Shown: piece after piece, positions 1-8,820 of the stretch
Layout: the number at the start of each line of letters is the position of its first letter
How positions within the stretch are numbered: the stretch's first letter is position 1
DNA from: Candidatus Calditenuis fumarioli
GTDB taxonomy: Archaea; Thermoproteota; Nitrososphaeria_A; Caldarchaeales; Calditenuaceae
Direction of reading: 5' to 3'
NCBI GenBank assembly: GCA_030059665.1
Contig: JANVYR010000001.1
Span: forward strand, 288,001 to 352,000
DNA: 64,000 bases
The notes under the pieces: model-generated
The model's database searches: none
Told to the model about the DNA's origin: nothing
The model's input: the letters and a program-made list of their open reading frames with translations, nothing else
Made by a program: the position numbers and the translations under genes

Positions 1-1
1 C

Positions 2-94
2 ATCGCGCTCACGGGCCGCAGCATCAGGGAGGAGCAGGGGAGCTGGGAGGAGGTCTTCAGGCAGTCGATGAACGTCAGGAGGGTGAGGGCTTGA
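2..94 (+). CDS. ABC transporter ATP-binding subunit, C-terminal end (partial)
   Basis: Open frame IALTGRSIREEQGSWEEVFRQSMNVRRVRA*. The LTGRSIRE tail is typical of DrrA-like ATPases, and the stop overlaps the ATG of the next permease (TGATG). Confidence 0.65.
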   Translation: MALTGRSIREEQGSWEEVFRQSMNVRRVRA

Positions 95-957
95 TGGGCG
101 AGGTATCCGCGATAATGGGGAGGGAGCTCCGGAAGTGGGTGAGGTCACCGCCACTGCTGGTGATGGCCCTCGTCCAGCCCCTCTTCTGGATGGGCCTCTA
201 CGGCAAGGCCTTCAACCTCACGGGCCTCTTCTCGGTCCCCGAGGACGTGCTGAGAACGCTTCCGCCCGAGTCGACGAAGGTGGTGGCGGAGCTCTTCAAC
301 AGCATGGCCGTCCGCCTCTTCGGATCTCCTGGGACGGATTACTTCTCCTTCGTCGCGATCGGGATGACCTCGGTCATCGTGCTCTTCGTCTCAGTCTTCA
401 GCGGGATGTCCATCGCCTGGGACAGGAGGCTCGGCTTCCTGAACAAGCTGCTGGTGGCGCCGATCAGGAGGTCCTCGATCGTGATGGGGAAGGTCCTGGC
501 GTCCTCTGTGAGGGCATTCATCCAGTCGTCGATGGTGCTGCTCATGGGGCTCGCTCTGGGCATGAAGCTGTCTCCGGCCTCGCCGTTGCTCGTCGCAGGG
601 GCCCTCGCCTCGATCTTCCTCCTCGCGATCTCGCTCTCATCTCTGGTCATAGCCATCACGCTCAGGCTCCGGAGCTGGGAGTACCACATGGCGGTCGCGA
701 ACCTGCTGAACCTCCCGCTGATGTTCACCAGCACGGCCCTGTACCCGCTGAACCTGATGCCCGATTGGATGAGACCGCTCGCCACGATCAACCCGCTGAC
801 GCACACAATCGAGCTCCTCAGGGGCGCGCTGCTGTACGGTAACTCCCTGGACATCGCCGCGTATCAGTTCCACCTGGCATACCTCGCGGCCTTCGCACTG
901 CTGGCAGCCGGCCTCGGCTCCTACCTCGCCAACAGGTACCTGACCGCGGAGAGGTGA
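94..957 (+). CDS. ABC-2 type transporter permease
   Basis: Multi-TM protein with motifs WDRRLGFLNKLLVAP, PLMFTSTALYP and INPLTHTIELLR. Confidence 0.9.
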   Translation: MGEVSAIMGRELRKWVRSPPLLVMALVQPLFWMGLYGKAFNLTGLFSVPEDVLRTLPPESTKVVAELFNSMAVRLFGSPGTDYFSFVAIGMTSVIVLFVSVFSGMSIAWDRRLGFLNKLLVAPIRRSSIVMGKVLASSVRAFIQSSMVLLMGLALGMKLSPASPLLVAGALASIFLLAISLSSLVIAITLRLRSWEYHMAVANLLNLPLMFTSTALYPLNLMPDWMRPLATINPLTHTIELLRGALLYGNSLDIAAYQFHLAYLAAFALLAAGLGSYLANRYLTAER

Positions 958-958
958 G

Positions 959-1876
959 TCACCCCAGACCTCCGAGAACCCTCTCGATGACCTCGGCCTT
1001 GGAGAAGGGCGCCAAATCCCTCAGGTCCTGGCCGGTGCCGACGAAGAGGATGGGCTTCCGCGTCGCGTAGCAAAGGGATATCGCGGTCCCTCCCTTCACG
1101 TCGCTGTCGAGCTTCGTGAGCACGACGTAGTCCACACCCACGTAGGCGTCGAACTGCCTCACCTGCTCCACCGCGGCGTTCCCGGTCAGCGCGTCTCCGA
1201 CGTAGATCACCCTCTTGGGCATGGCGACCCGCTTGATCTTCCTCATCTCCTCGAGGAGGTTCCTGTTCAGCTCGGACCGTCCCGCGGTGTCTATGAGGAC
1301 GACGTGGGCCCTGCTAGACCTGGCCGATGCGATGGCGTCGACCGCAACGGCCGCTGGGTCCGCGCCGTACCGCTGGCTGACGCACCTCACCCCAACCCTC
1401 TCCGCGAGGGTCCGCATCTGCTCGATCGCCGCCGCCCTGAAGGTGTCTGAGCAGGCGATCACCGGTGTCAGGCCGGATTCCTTCAGGAAGAGGGCCAGCT
1501 TCGCGACGGTCGTGGTCTTGCCGCCTCCGTTGGGGCCGACGAAGAGCACGGGGTACGGCTCGCCGGTCGAGGAGTGGTAGGCCTCGATCTCCCTGACCAG
1601 GGCCTTCGGGTCACCCTCGATCAGCGTCTCCTCCAGGGCTTTCCTGAGCGCATCCACGACGACGCTCCTCCTGTCCGAGAACCTCGCCACCCTCTTTCCC
1701 CTCAGGGCCTCAATCACCTTCTCCGTCAGGAACTCGGAAGCCTCCACGGAGACCTCGTTCGCTATCAGGGCGATCCTGAACTCCTCGAGCAGTTCACCGA
1801 GCTTCTGGTCCGTGAGCTCCTCAGTCGCGACCGATTCGACCAGGCCCCTGAAGGCCCTTCTCAGACCCTCGAGCAA
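959..1876 (-). CDS. ftsY: SRP receptor FtsY
   Basis: GPNGGGKTTTVAKLA, DTFRAAA, DTAGR, TKLDSDVKGG. Confidence 0.95.
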   Translation of the reverse strand: MLEGLRRAFRGLVESVATEELTDQKLGELLEEFRIALIANEVSVEASEFLTEKVIEALRGKRVARFSDRRSVVVDALRKALEETLIEGDPKALVREIEAYHSSTGEPYPVLFVGPNGGGKTTTVAKLALFLKESGLTPVIACSDTFRAAAIEQMRTLAERVGVRCVSQRYGADPAAVAVDAIASARSSRAHVVLIDTAGRSELNRNLLEEMRKIKRVAMPKRVIYVGDALTGNAAVEQVRQFDAYVGVDYVVLTKLDSDVKGGTAISLCYATRKPILFVGTGQDLRDLAPFSKAEVIERVLGGLG

Positions 1877-1904
1877 AGCAGACCCGCCTTGTCGAAGTGA
1901 ATAG

Positions 1905-1985
1905 GGCCGTAATCAAGGTGACAACTGCGGTGCGGTGAACCTTCCTTCCCTCCTCACCGGTTACAGCTCTCCCGGTTGATCAGCC
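1905..1985 (-). ncRNA. Candidate structured RNA (long imperfect hairpin) between pfdA and ftsY
   Basis: Nested stems on the minus strand: GGCUGAUCAA/UUGAUUACGGCC, AGCUGU/GCAGUU and CGGUGA/UCACCG. G-U pairs favour the minus strand. Confidence 0.35.
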
Positions 1986-2085
1986 GATGGTCCTCGCTCG
2001 ACCGCTCTCAGATGATCGATGTGGAATTGCCGGTGAAGGGCTCAGAGGGTAATGCGCTCCGAGGCGCGTGCAGCTCCCTGACCGT

Positions 2086-2565
2086 TCACCCGCCTCCCAC
2101 CCCGGCCCCTCCCTCCCCGGATTCCCTCGCGGCAGCGACCGCCTCCTGAACCCTCTGGAGGAAGGCGCGCAAGAGCTCGGCCCTCTCGAGGTAGGCGTTG
2201 AGCGTCTGGACCAGCTGCGACCTGGACCTCTCGATGAGGGCCTTCCTGCTGCTCACGATCTCCCTGCACCTCTCGACGGGCGCCTCGATCACCACGTTCT
2301 GGCCTATGTTCACCTTCATCCTGCCGGAGAACCTGATCTCGGCCTCGACGAGCCCTCCGCCGCCGATCGGGACGAGCACCTTTAGCTCGCTGGGGTTGCT
2401 CGAGAGGTAATCGATCACCTCGAGGGCCCTCTCGTGGTCGAGGATCGAGGCGTTCAGCGCGGTTATCCTCGCCTGGAGGTCGACTATCGCCTGCTCCAGT
2501 ATCGCCAGCTCCTCCGCAGCTCGCTGGACGTCCTCGTACGTTATCCGCACCTGTCGCCCAGACAT
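2086..2565 (-). CDS. pfdA: Prefoldin alpha subunit
   Basis: Coiled coil around VLVPIGGGGLVEAEI...KVNIGQNVVIE; conserved pfdA-ftsY order. Confidence 0.9.
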   Translation of the reverse strand: MSGRQVRITYEDVQRAAEELAILEQAIVDLQARITALNASILDHERALEVIDYLSSNPSELKVLVPIGGGGLVEAEIRFSGRMKVNIGQNVVIEAPVERCREIVSSRKALIERSRSQLVQTLNAYLERAELLRAFLQRVQEAVAAARESGEGGAGVGGG

Positions 2566-2659
2566 TCCCCGTTCGCTGGGGCTACCACCGCATCCTCTAT
2601 TAGCTTATCGCCCGTCAGCGGCAAAAGGGAATTTCGGACGCCCCTCTCACGCAGGTCGG

Positions 2660-3355
2660 ATGGGGATAGAGGAGCTGAAGCGATTGCTGGACGAGGTGCT
2701 CGCGTCGATGCCTGAGCTTAGGGAGCTCGGCGACCGGTGCCTGTCGTCGAGGAGGTGGGGTGGGAGCGCGGTGCTGATGGTGGTGGACGCGGCCTTCACC
2801 TCGATCGGGATGTCCTACTTCAGGAGCGTGGTCCCGGCCGTGATCAGGTTCAAGGAGCTCTTCGTCGACACCGGCAGGGTCTCCTCCCTCCTCGAGCTGG
2901 CCTCGATGGAGTCCGACGAGCTGCGAACGGTTTGGAGGAACAGGAGGTCGTGGAGCGTGGCTCGGGAGGTGGCACGTCGGCTCATCTCCTTCGACGGCGA
3001 GGACGACGTTCGGCGCCTCAGGACCTGGGCACTCGGCAGCGATCTGGAAAACTGGCGGGCGGATCCGATCGGCTCGATCAAGGGCGTGGGCCTCGTCACG
3101 TACCAGTACCTCAGGATGATGGGCGGCGTGGATACGGTGATGCCGGACAAGGTGGTGAAGCGGGTGATCAACTCGCTCCTTCGCCAAGCAGGCCTGAACG
3201 AGGTCTGGGACGACCTGGGTTTCGTGAGGGAGGTGGAGAGGCTGGCGGTCCTCACCGGACACAGGCCCGTGGAGCTGACCTGGATGACCTGGCTCCTCAC
3301 GGAGCGGAGGCTGATGGGCGAGCCGAGCTACTCGCGTCTCATCCACCTGATCTGA
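2660..3355 (+). CDS. HhH-GPD superfamily (DNA glycosylase-like) hypothetical protein
   Basis: HhH-like IKGVGLVTYQYLRMMGG followed by PDKVVKRV. Confidence 0.6.
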   Translation: MGIEELKRLLDEVLASMPELRELGDRCLSSRRWGGSAVLMVVDAAFTSIGMSYFRSVVPAVIRFKELFVDTGRVSSLLELASMESDELRTVWRNRRSWSVAREVARRLISFDGEDDVRRLRTWALGSDLENWRADPIGSIKGVGLVTYQYLRMMGGVDTVMPDKVVKRVINSLLRQAGLNEVWDDLGFVREVERLAVLTGHRPVELTWMTWLLTERRLMGEPSYSRLIHLI

Positions 3356-3435
3356 TGTACATCGCCGCGTATCCGCTACGCTGGCCAATTCACTTATACG
3401 GGATGATTCGAGTTTTGGGCGAAGGTGAGTCGCTC

Positions 3436-4839
3436 TTGAGCAGGTCCGGATGGCTCGTCCCGGTCGCGCTGCTCCTCCTGCTCTCCTTAACACTTCACCA
3501 GGTCGACGCGATCACCTACAACTCGCTGATCGACGACGGCAAGCTTTCCATCACGTTCAACTATCCGAGCGAGGTGAAGAGGGGGACGTGCTTCAACGTC
3601 CGGGTCGAGGCGAACGCTCTCGTTGCGGTCACAGACCTCAACGTCACGGTCTCCATCGAGCTGAGGTCAGGCCCCTCGGTCTACGTCCTCTTCTCGGGGA
3701 AGGTCGTCGACGACTGGAGCGGAGGTCCGGGACCGGTGACCAACAACGTCGTGGGAGCCTGCGTCTCCAGCTCCCATCCCGTCGGGATCGTGATCCTCAG
3801 GACCTCCATCGAGTACGATCTCGGGTCGGATAGGCTCACGCTCGATAACTCGTTTCTGATGGCGAGCGTCCGGGACACGACCTACGACGAGCTGGCTGCG
3901 CTCTACTCGGCGGCTCAGTCAGAGATCTCAAGGCTCAGGGCGGCGATGGGCGAGATGGGGCGTGAGATCGATAGGCTCAGGGCGCAGGTCTCGGACCTCA
4001 TGTCGCAGGTCTCCGTGCTGAGCGATAGGCTAGAGCAGATGAGGACGAGGTACGACGAGCTTCAGTCCGCATACAACGCGCTCCTCGCGCAGTTCAGGGA
4101 CCTACAGGACAGGTACGTGAGGCTCCAGCAGGAGCACGAGAGGTTATCGAGGGACTACGCGGCCCTTCAGGCGAGGGAGTCGGACCTCAGGGGAGCCTAT
4201 GCGGGGCTCCAAAAGGAGCTCGATGCGCTCAGGTCGGAGTACGCTGAGCTCCAGAAGCGGCACGCAGCGCTCAACGCGCTCCACGACGACCTGAGGAAGA
4301 GATTCGAGGAGCTGAACTCGGCGTATCAGGACGCGGTGCGGCAAATCGGCTCCCTCTCGGGCGCTCTCGAGGAGAGGGGTAGGCAGATGGAGGTCCTCAC
4401 GGCGATGCTGGACAACGCGCTGAGGGAGAGGAACGTCTTCAGCAACATAGTCATCGCGCAGGCGCTCGGCCTCGGCGGACTCGGTGCCCTTTACATGATC
4501 GAGAGGAGGAGATTGAGGAGGCCCGGGTCGTCCCAAGCTGCGCCGGGCGTGGAGGCGCCTGAGGGCGGTTCCGGGGCACCACCGACCCCGTCACCTGAGC
4601 TGGCGAACATCGGGCCCGATGAGAACAGGCAGGATAACGGGAACGGCGGCATGGTCCAGAGGGTGATCTCGGGGAGGAGGATCACCATACCGAAGAAGGT
4701 CGCGGAGCTTCTGGGGATAGAGGTGGGTGACCCGGTGGAGCTGGGCGTGGTGGGCGACGCGATCTTCGTCAGGAAGCTTGCGAGGCGAGGAGACGGTCCA
4801 CCTCCATCTGAGCCTGACGGACCTTCTCGACGCTCCTGA
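3436..4839 (+). CDS. Membrane protein: signal peptide, beta-rich domain, long coiled coil, TM helix, C-terminal AbrB/MazE-like domain
   Basis: The real gene is the distal part of ORF 2737-4839. TTG start at 3436 follows a GGTGA SD. Signal WLVPVALLLLLSLTL; C-terminal QRVISGRRITIPKKVAELLGIEVGDPVELGVVGDAIFVRK. Confidence 0.75.
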   Translation: MSRSGWLVPVALLLLLSLTLHQVDAITYNSLIDDGKLSITFNYPSEVKRGTCFNVRVEANALVAVTDLNVTVSIELRSGPSVYVLFSGKVVDDWSGGPGPVTNNVVGACVSSSHPVGIVILRTSIEYDLGSDRLTLDNSFLMASVRDTTYDELAALYSAAQSEISRLRAAMGEMGREIDRLRAQVSDLMSQVSVLSDRLEQMRTRYDELQSAYNALLAQFRDLQDRYVRLQQEHERLSRDYAALQARESDLRGAYAGLQKELDALRSEYAELQKRHAALNALHDDLRKRFEELNSAYQDAVRQIGSLSGALEERGRQMEVLTAMLDNALRERNVFSNIVIAQALGLGGLGALYMIERRRLRRPGSSQAAPGVEAPEGGSGAPPTPSPELANIGPDENRQDNGNGGMVQRVISGRRITIPKKVAELLGIEVGDPVELGVVGDAIFVRKLARRGDGPPPSEPDGPSRRS

Positions 4840-5722
4840 CCAGGGCCTCCCGCTCCTCGGGGCTCAGCTCGAGCTCTATCACCCTCTTGACGCCCGTCCT
4901 CCCGATCACCGCCGGCACCACCGAGCAGACCCCCTCGAACCCGTACTCGCCCATGTGGTAGAAGGAGACGGGGATCACCGCGTTCCGGTCCCTGACGATG
5001 GCGTCCACCATCAGCGCCGCGCCAGCACCCGGGGCGTGGTGTGCGGACCATCCCTTGAGCGAGATGATCCTGGCACCCATCTCCCTCGTCGCCTTCACGA
5101 CCTCCTCGATCTTCTCCTTGCTGAGGAGCGAGGTGAGAGGTCTCCCTCCTACAGTAGTGTGCCTCGGGAGGAGCACCATGGAGTCGCCGTGCTCGCCCAG
5201 GATCGGGGCCTCGATCGAGTTCCAGGAGACGCCGAGCTCCTTAGCGATCAGCGTCTTGTACCTCCCCACGTCCAGCAGACCGCTGAAGCCCATCACCCTC
5301 TCCCTCTCGAAGCCAGTCGTCTTGAGGGCGACGTAGGTCATGACGTCGAGCGGGTTGGTGACCACTATCACCTTCGACTTCGGGGCGTGCTCCCTGATCT
5401 TGAGCGAGACGTCCCGGATTATCCCGGAGTTCTTCACGAGCAGGTCCATCCTGGTCATGTCCGCCTTCCGGACGAACCCGGCTGTGACCACCACCACCTC
5501 CGAGCCCTCGATGTCCCTGTAGTCGTTGGTGCCCGTGAACTCGACGTCGAGTCCCAGGATCGCGGCCATGTGGTTCAGGTCGAGCGCCTCACCCTGGGGA
5601 AGCCCCTGCACGATGTCCACCAGAACTACGTCACCCAGCTCCCTCAGACCGATGTGGAGCGCGGCCGAGGTGCCGACCCTTCCGGAGCCGATCACGGCTA
5701 TCTTGGGCCTCATACCACGCAT
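4769..5722 (-). CDS. mdh: Malate dehydrogenase (LDH-like)
   Basis: GSGRVG, VTAGFVRKADMTRMDL, VVTNPLD, LGEHGDSM. Confidence 0.93.
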   Translation of the reverse strand: MRGMRPKIAVIGSGRVGTSAALHIGLRELGDVVLVDIVQGLPQGEALDLNHMAAILGLDVEFTGTNDYRDIEGSEVVVVTAGFVRKADMTRMDLLVKNSGIIRDVSLKIREHAPKSKVIVVTNPLDVMTYVALKTTGFERERVMGFSGLLDVGRYKTLIAKELGVSWNSIEAPILGEHGDSMVLLPRHTTVGGRPLTSLLSKEKIEEVVKATREMGARIISLKGWSAHHAPGAGAALMVDAIVRDRNAVIPVSFYHMGEYGFEGVCSVVPAVIGRTGVKRVIELELSPEEREALVRSVEKVRQAQMEVDRLLASQAS

Positions 5723-5815
5723 CTACTCCCGTCCGGGATTTGAAATAGTGAATGTCGCAATGGGTTGTCAGGGCCTGAGCTTCGATGTCGAGTTCCCTTT
5801 CGTCGAATTGCCTGG

Positions 5816-7150
5816 TCACGAGGTCGGTCTGGTGAAGTTGACCTCCCTCACGAGGAGGTAGGGTGCCAGCACTGGCGTCTCCACCTCCCACCACACGATC
5901 GGGTAACGCTCCGCGGACATGTCCTCTATCCCCGCGAGGATCCTGAGCATGTTGTCCGAGATGCGGAGGCCCTTCAGCGCGCGCTCGATCGATCCGTGCC
6001 GGACGAGGAAGAGGCCGTCCCTGGGTATGGTGGAGAACTCCCCACTCCTCACGTCCCTGTAGCGGAGGTACCAGTCGTTCGTCACCATGATGCCGTTGTC
6101 GACCTTCGAGATCAGCTTGCTGAACGGCGTTCCCCCTCCCTCGACCACCAGGTTGAAGGGCGAAGGGACGATGATCCCCGCGTTCCCGGTGGACTCGGTG
6201 CCGAACTTCCGCGCTGTGGCAGAGTTGTGCAGGTATCCCCTCAGGACGCCGTTCTCGATGATCACCTTCCTCCTCGTTGGCACCCCCTCCTCATCGAAGG
6301 GCTCCGAGCCGTAGGCGCCCCGAACGGTGGGGTCGTCGATGAGCGTGAAGTTCTCGTGGGCCACCTTCTCCCCGAGCTTTCCGGTCAGGAAGGAGAACTG
6401 GCTGTCGACGTAGAAGGCCGAGGCCATTGACCCGACCTCCTCGATCAGGTTCGCGGCGGTCATGGGGCCGATGATCGCGTCGTATCTCCCCTCGCTCGCC
6501 TCGACCGGGTCCTTCATCATCTTCGCAATCTCACCCGCCTCCCTCCCGACCTTCTCGGGGTTGAAGTCGCTGAGCGAGCCGGTGCCTATCGCGAACTGCC
6601 CGCTGGATTCGCCGTCGAGGAAGGCCCTGACCGAGATCTCGAGCGTGTCCTTCACCGCCTCCGCCTCCACACCGCCGCTCGTCACCAGCCGCCTCACGGT
6701 CCTCCTGTGGACCAGCGTCCCGGCCACCCTTTTGGCACCCGCGTTGAGGGCCTCGTTCACCGCCCCCTCGACGAACCCCACGAGCCTCTCCTCGGTCACC
6801 CCGCGGATCCTCTGGTCCAGCAGGCCCTTGTCGTAGGAGAACGGACCCGAGGGCAGAGGTGCGTAGAGGTCGCTCGGCGGGGTGCTCTTCGCGGTCCTCA
6901 CCGCCTCCTGCGACAGCCTCTTCAGACCTCCTGCGGTCAGGTCGGTCGTCGTGAGGACGGCCCGCTGGGGGCCGAAGGCGACGTAGAGCTTGACGCTGCT
7001 CTCGTCGAACCTCTTGGCAACGGAGATCTCGCTGTTGGCGAACCTGATCATGTGCGTCACGGTGGTGAACGACTCGACGGCGACGTCGGTAGCTCCAGCG
7101 CCCCTCAACCTCTCCATCAGGGACCTGGCCTTTTTGGGTGTCAGACCCAC
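5816..7150 (-). CDS. TldD/PmbA family protein (PmbA-like)
   Basis: IRFANSEI, PFDEEGVPT, GYLHNSATA, TGNAG, IRISDN. Confidence 0.9.
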   Translation of the reverse strand: MGLTPKKARSLMERLRGAGATDVAVESFTTVTHMIRFANSEISVAKRFDESSVKLYVAFGPQRAVLTTTDLTAGGLKRLSQEAVRTAKSTPPSDLYAPLPSGPFSYDKGLLDQRIRGVTEERLVGFVEGAVNEALNAGAKRVAGTLVHRRTVRRLVTSGGVEAEAVKDTLEISVRAFLDGESSGQFAIGTGSLSDFNPEKVGREAGEIAKMMKDPVEASEGRYDAIIGPMTAANLIEEVGSMASAFYVDSQFSFLTGKLGEKVAHENFTLIDDPTVRGAYGSEPFDEEGVPTRRKVIIENGVLRGYLHNSATARKFGTESTGNAGIIVPSPFNLVVEGGGTPFSKLISKVDNGIMVTNDWYLRYRDVRSGEFSTIPRDGLFLVRHGSIERALKGLRISDNMLRILAGIEDMSAERYPIVWWEVETPVLAPYLLVREVNFTRPTS

Positions 7151-7282
7151 GTGATTCCGATCATCTGGGCCGCCTTAAGGACTTGCGCTGAAGCGGCGGG
7201 GCAACAGGTCACGGCCGCGACCCCAAGGGTCGGCGTCGGGGCTGACAGGCTCAAGAGAGGGCATCGCCACTGGATTTCGGGC

Positions 7283-8818
7283 GTGTCGGTGCTGGAGATC
7301 AGGTACCCTGTGATGACGAGGAAGGGCCTGCAGGAGGAGGTGCTGAGGGTTCTAGGGCAGGGTCATAGACACCTCTTCTCCGAGCGGTCAGACGGCATCA
7401 GGGTCGTCTCGGTGGACCTGAGGACGTTGAGGGAGGACGTGGAGCGCTCAGAGATCGGCGAGCTGCTCGCCGCGAGACTTCTCACGCCTTTCTCAGCGTC
7501 GGGCGATCCCGATCCGCTCCGGGAGCTCCTCGTCGGCTACGGCATGAGGTTGGTGACCGAGGGCGTGAGCGACCTTCTCAGGGACTTCGGGGGGATGGCC
7601 CACAGGCTCAGGTTCGGGCCCGAGTACTTCGTGCTCAGAAAGGTCCGCGCGCTCACCTCCATCTACCCGCCTTTGTGGAGGGTCTTCTGGTGGGCGTCCA
7701 CCGAGCACTACGACGCGTCGGCGTTGAGGAGGGTGGTCGAGAACCTCAATCCCGCACTGGACCGCGCCGTCGAGGACGGAATTGTGACCCGTGACCACGC
7801 CTCCGGGTCGCTGCGAATCCCCGTTTCGGAGAGGGCGCTCCGATCCGGGTCGGTCGCTAAGACCACGAGGGCCCTTGCGGGGAGGCTCCAGGCCTTCCTG
7901 CGCGCCGGCGCCTCCGGGATCGCGCTGCCGAGGATCGTGCTGGAGGAGATGGCCGAGGGCGGATGGGAGGGGCTGGGGATGAGGGACCCGGAGTCGCTGC
8001 TGACGGTCATGACGGATCTCGGGCCTTCGAGGATAGATGACGACTCGGACGTCGTCGACCTCATCACCAGGAGCCTCAGGGTCGAGAGGTCAAGCGTCAG
8101 GGTAAGCCGGATCGGGAAGGCTTTCAACTCCACTTACCTGATCGAGGTGGAGGTTGACGGGGACCGGAGGACGCTCTTCCTGAAGAGGTACCTGGCGTGG
8201 AACAGCGTCAAGTGGGTGGCTGCGAAGCTCTGGGCCTTCCCGCTGAGGAACTTCCACGTCTCGCCCGCCATGCGTCTCAGCAACGAGCTGTTCTTCATGG
8301 ACTACCTGAGGGAGAGGGAGATCCCGACGCCGAGGGTAATCCACGTCAGCTGGAGGCGGAAGCTCATGGTGAGGCAGGCGGTCAGGGGGTCCTCCGCGAT
8401 GGAGGTGTGGACCTCTAACCGTTCCAGCGGCTCGGAGGCCGAGGGGGTCGCGAGGGAGTGCGGCCGCCTGATCGCGAGGGTCCACCGGGAGGGAGTGGTG
8501 GTGGGCGACTGCAAGGCAGACAACGTCGTGGTCGACGAGTCCGGAAGGCTCTGGCTGGTGGACCTCGAGCAGGCTTCTCTCTCCGGAGACAGGTCATGGG
8601 ATCTGGCGGAGTTCGTCCTCTTCGCGTGCAGGTACCTCGAGCCGGCGACGGCGGAGAGGTTCGCGGAGTCCTTCGCAGGCGGTTACCTGGAGCTGGGAGA
8701 TGAGGGCGTCGTGAGGAGGGCGCTGGACCCGAAGTACGTCCTGGTGATGATGCCCTGGTCGCCGATATGGACGCAGATGGCCGCGATCGACGGCCTCAGA
8801 AGGGCCCTGAAGGCCTGA
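7283..8818 (+). CDS. Conserved archaeal protein with C-terminal protein-kinase-like (Kdo/APH/RIO-like) domain
   Basis: LFLKRY, VHREGVVVGDCKADNVVV, LVDLEQA, WDLAEF. Start uncertain (GTG 7283 or ATG 7313). Confidence 0.7.
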   Translation: MSVLEIRYPVMTRKGLQEEVLRVLGQGHRHLFSERSDGIRVVSVDLRTLREDVERSEIGELLAARLLTPFSASGDPDPLRELLVGYGMRLVTEGVSDLLRDFGGMAHRLRFGPEYFVLRKVRALTSIYPPLWRVFWWASTEHYDASALRRVVENLNPALDRAVEDGIVTRDHASGSLRIPVSERALRSGSVAKTTRALAGRLQAFLRAGASGIALPRIVLEEMAEGGWEGLGMRDPESLLTVMTDLGPSRIDDDSDVVDLITRSLRVERSSVRVSRIGKAFNSTYLIEVEVDGDRRTLFLKRYLAWNSVKWVAAKLWAFPLRNFHVSPAMRLSNELFFMDYLREREIPTPRVIHVSWRRKLMVRQAVRGSSAMEVWTSNRSSGSEAEGVARECGRLIARVHREGVVVGDCKADNVVVDESGRLWLVDLEQASLSGDRSWDLAEFVLFACRYLEPATAERFAESFAGGYLELGDEGVVRRALDPKYVLVMMPWSPIWTQMAAIDGLRRALKA

Positions 8819-8820
8819 GC

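Noticed and set aside
2737-3435. N-terminal part of the 700-aa ORF; likewise the extended N-termini of 6707-8818, 54932-56347 and 38111-38791
   Set aside because: These extensions overlap other real genes or structured DNA; internal starts with SD or signal peptide fit better.
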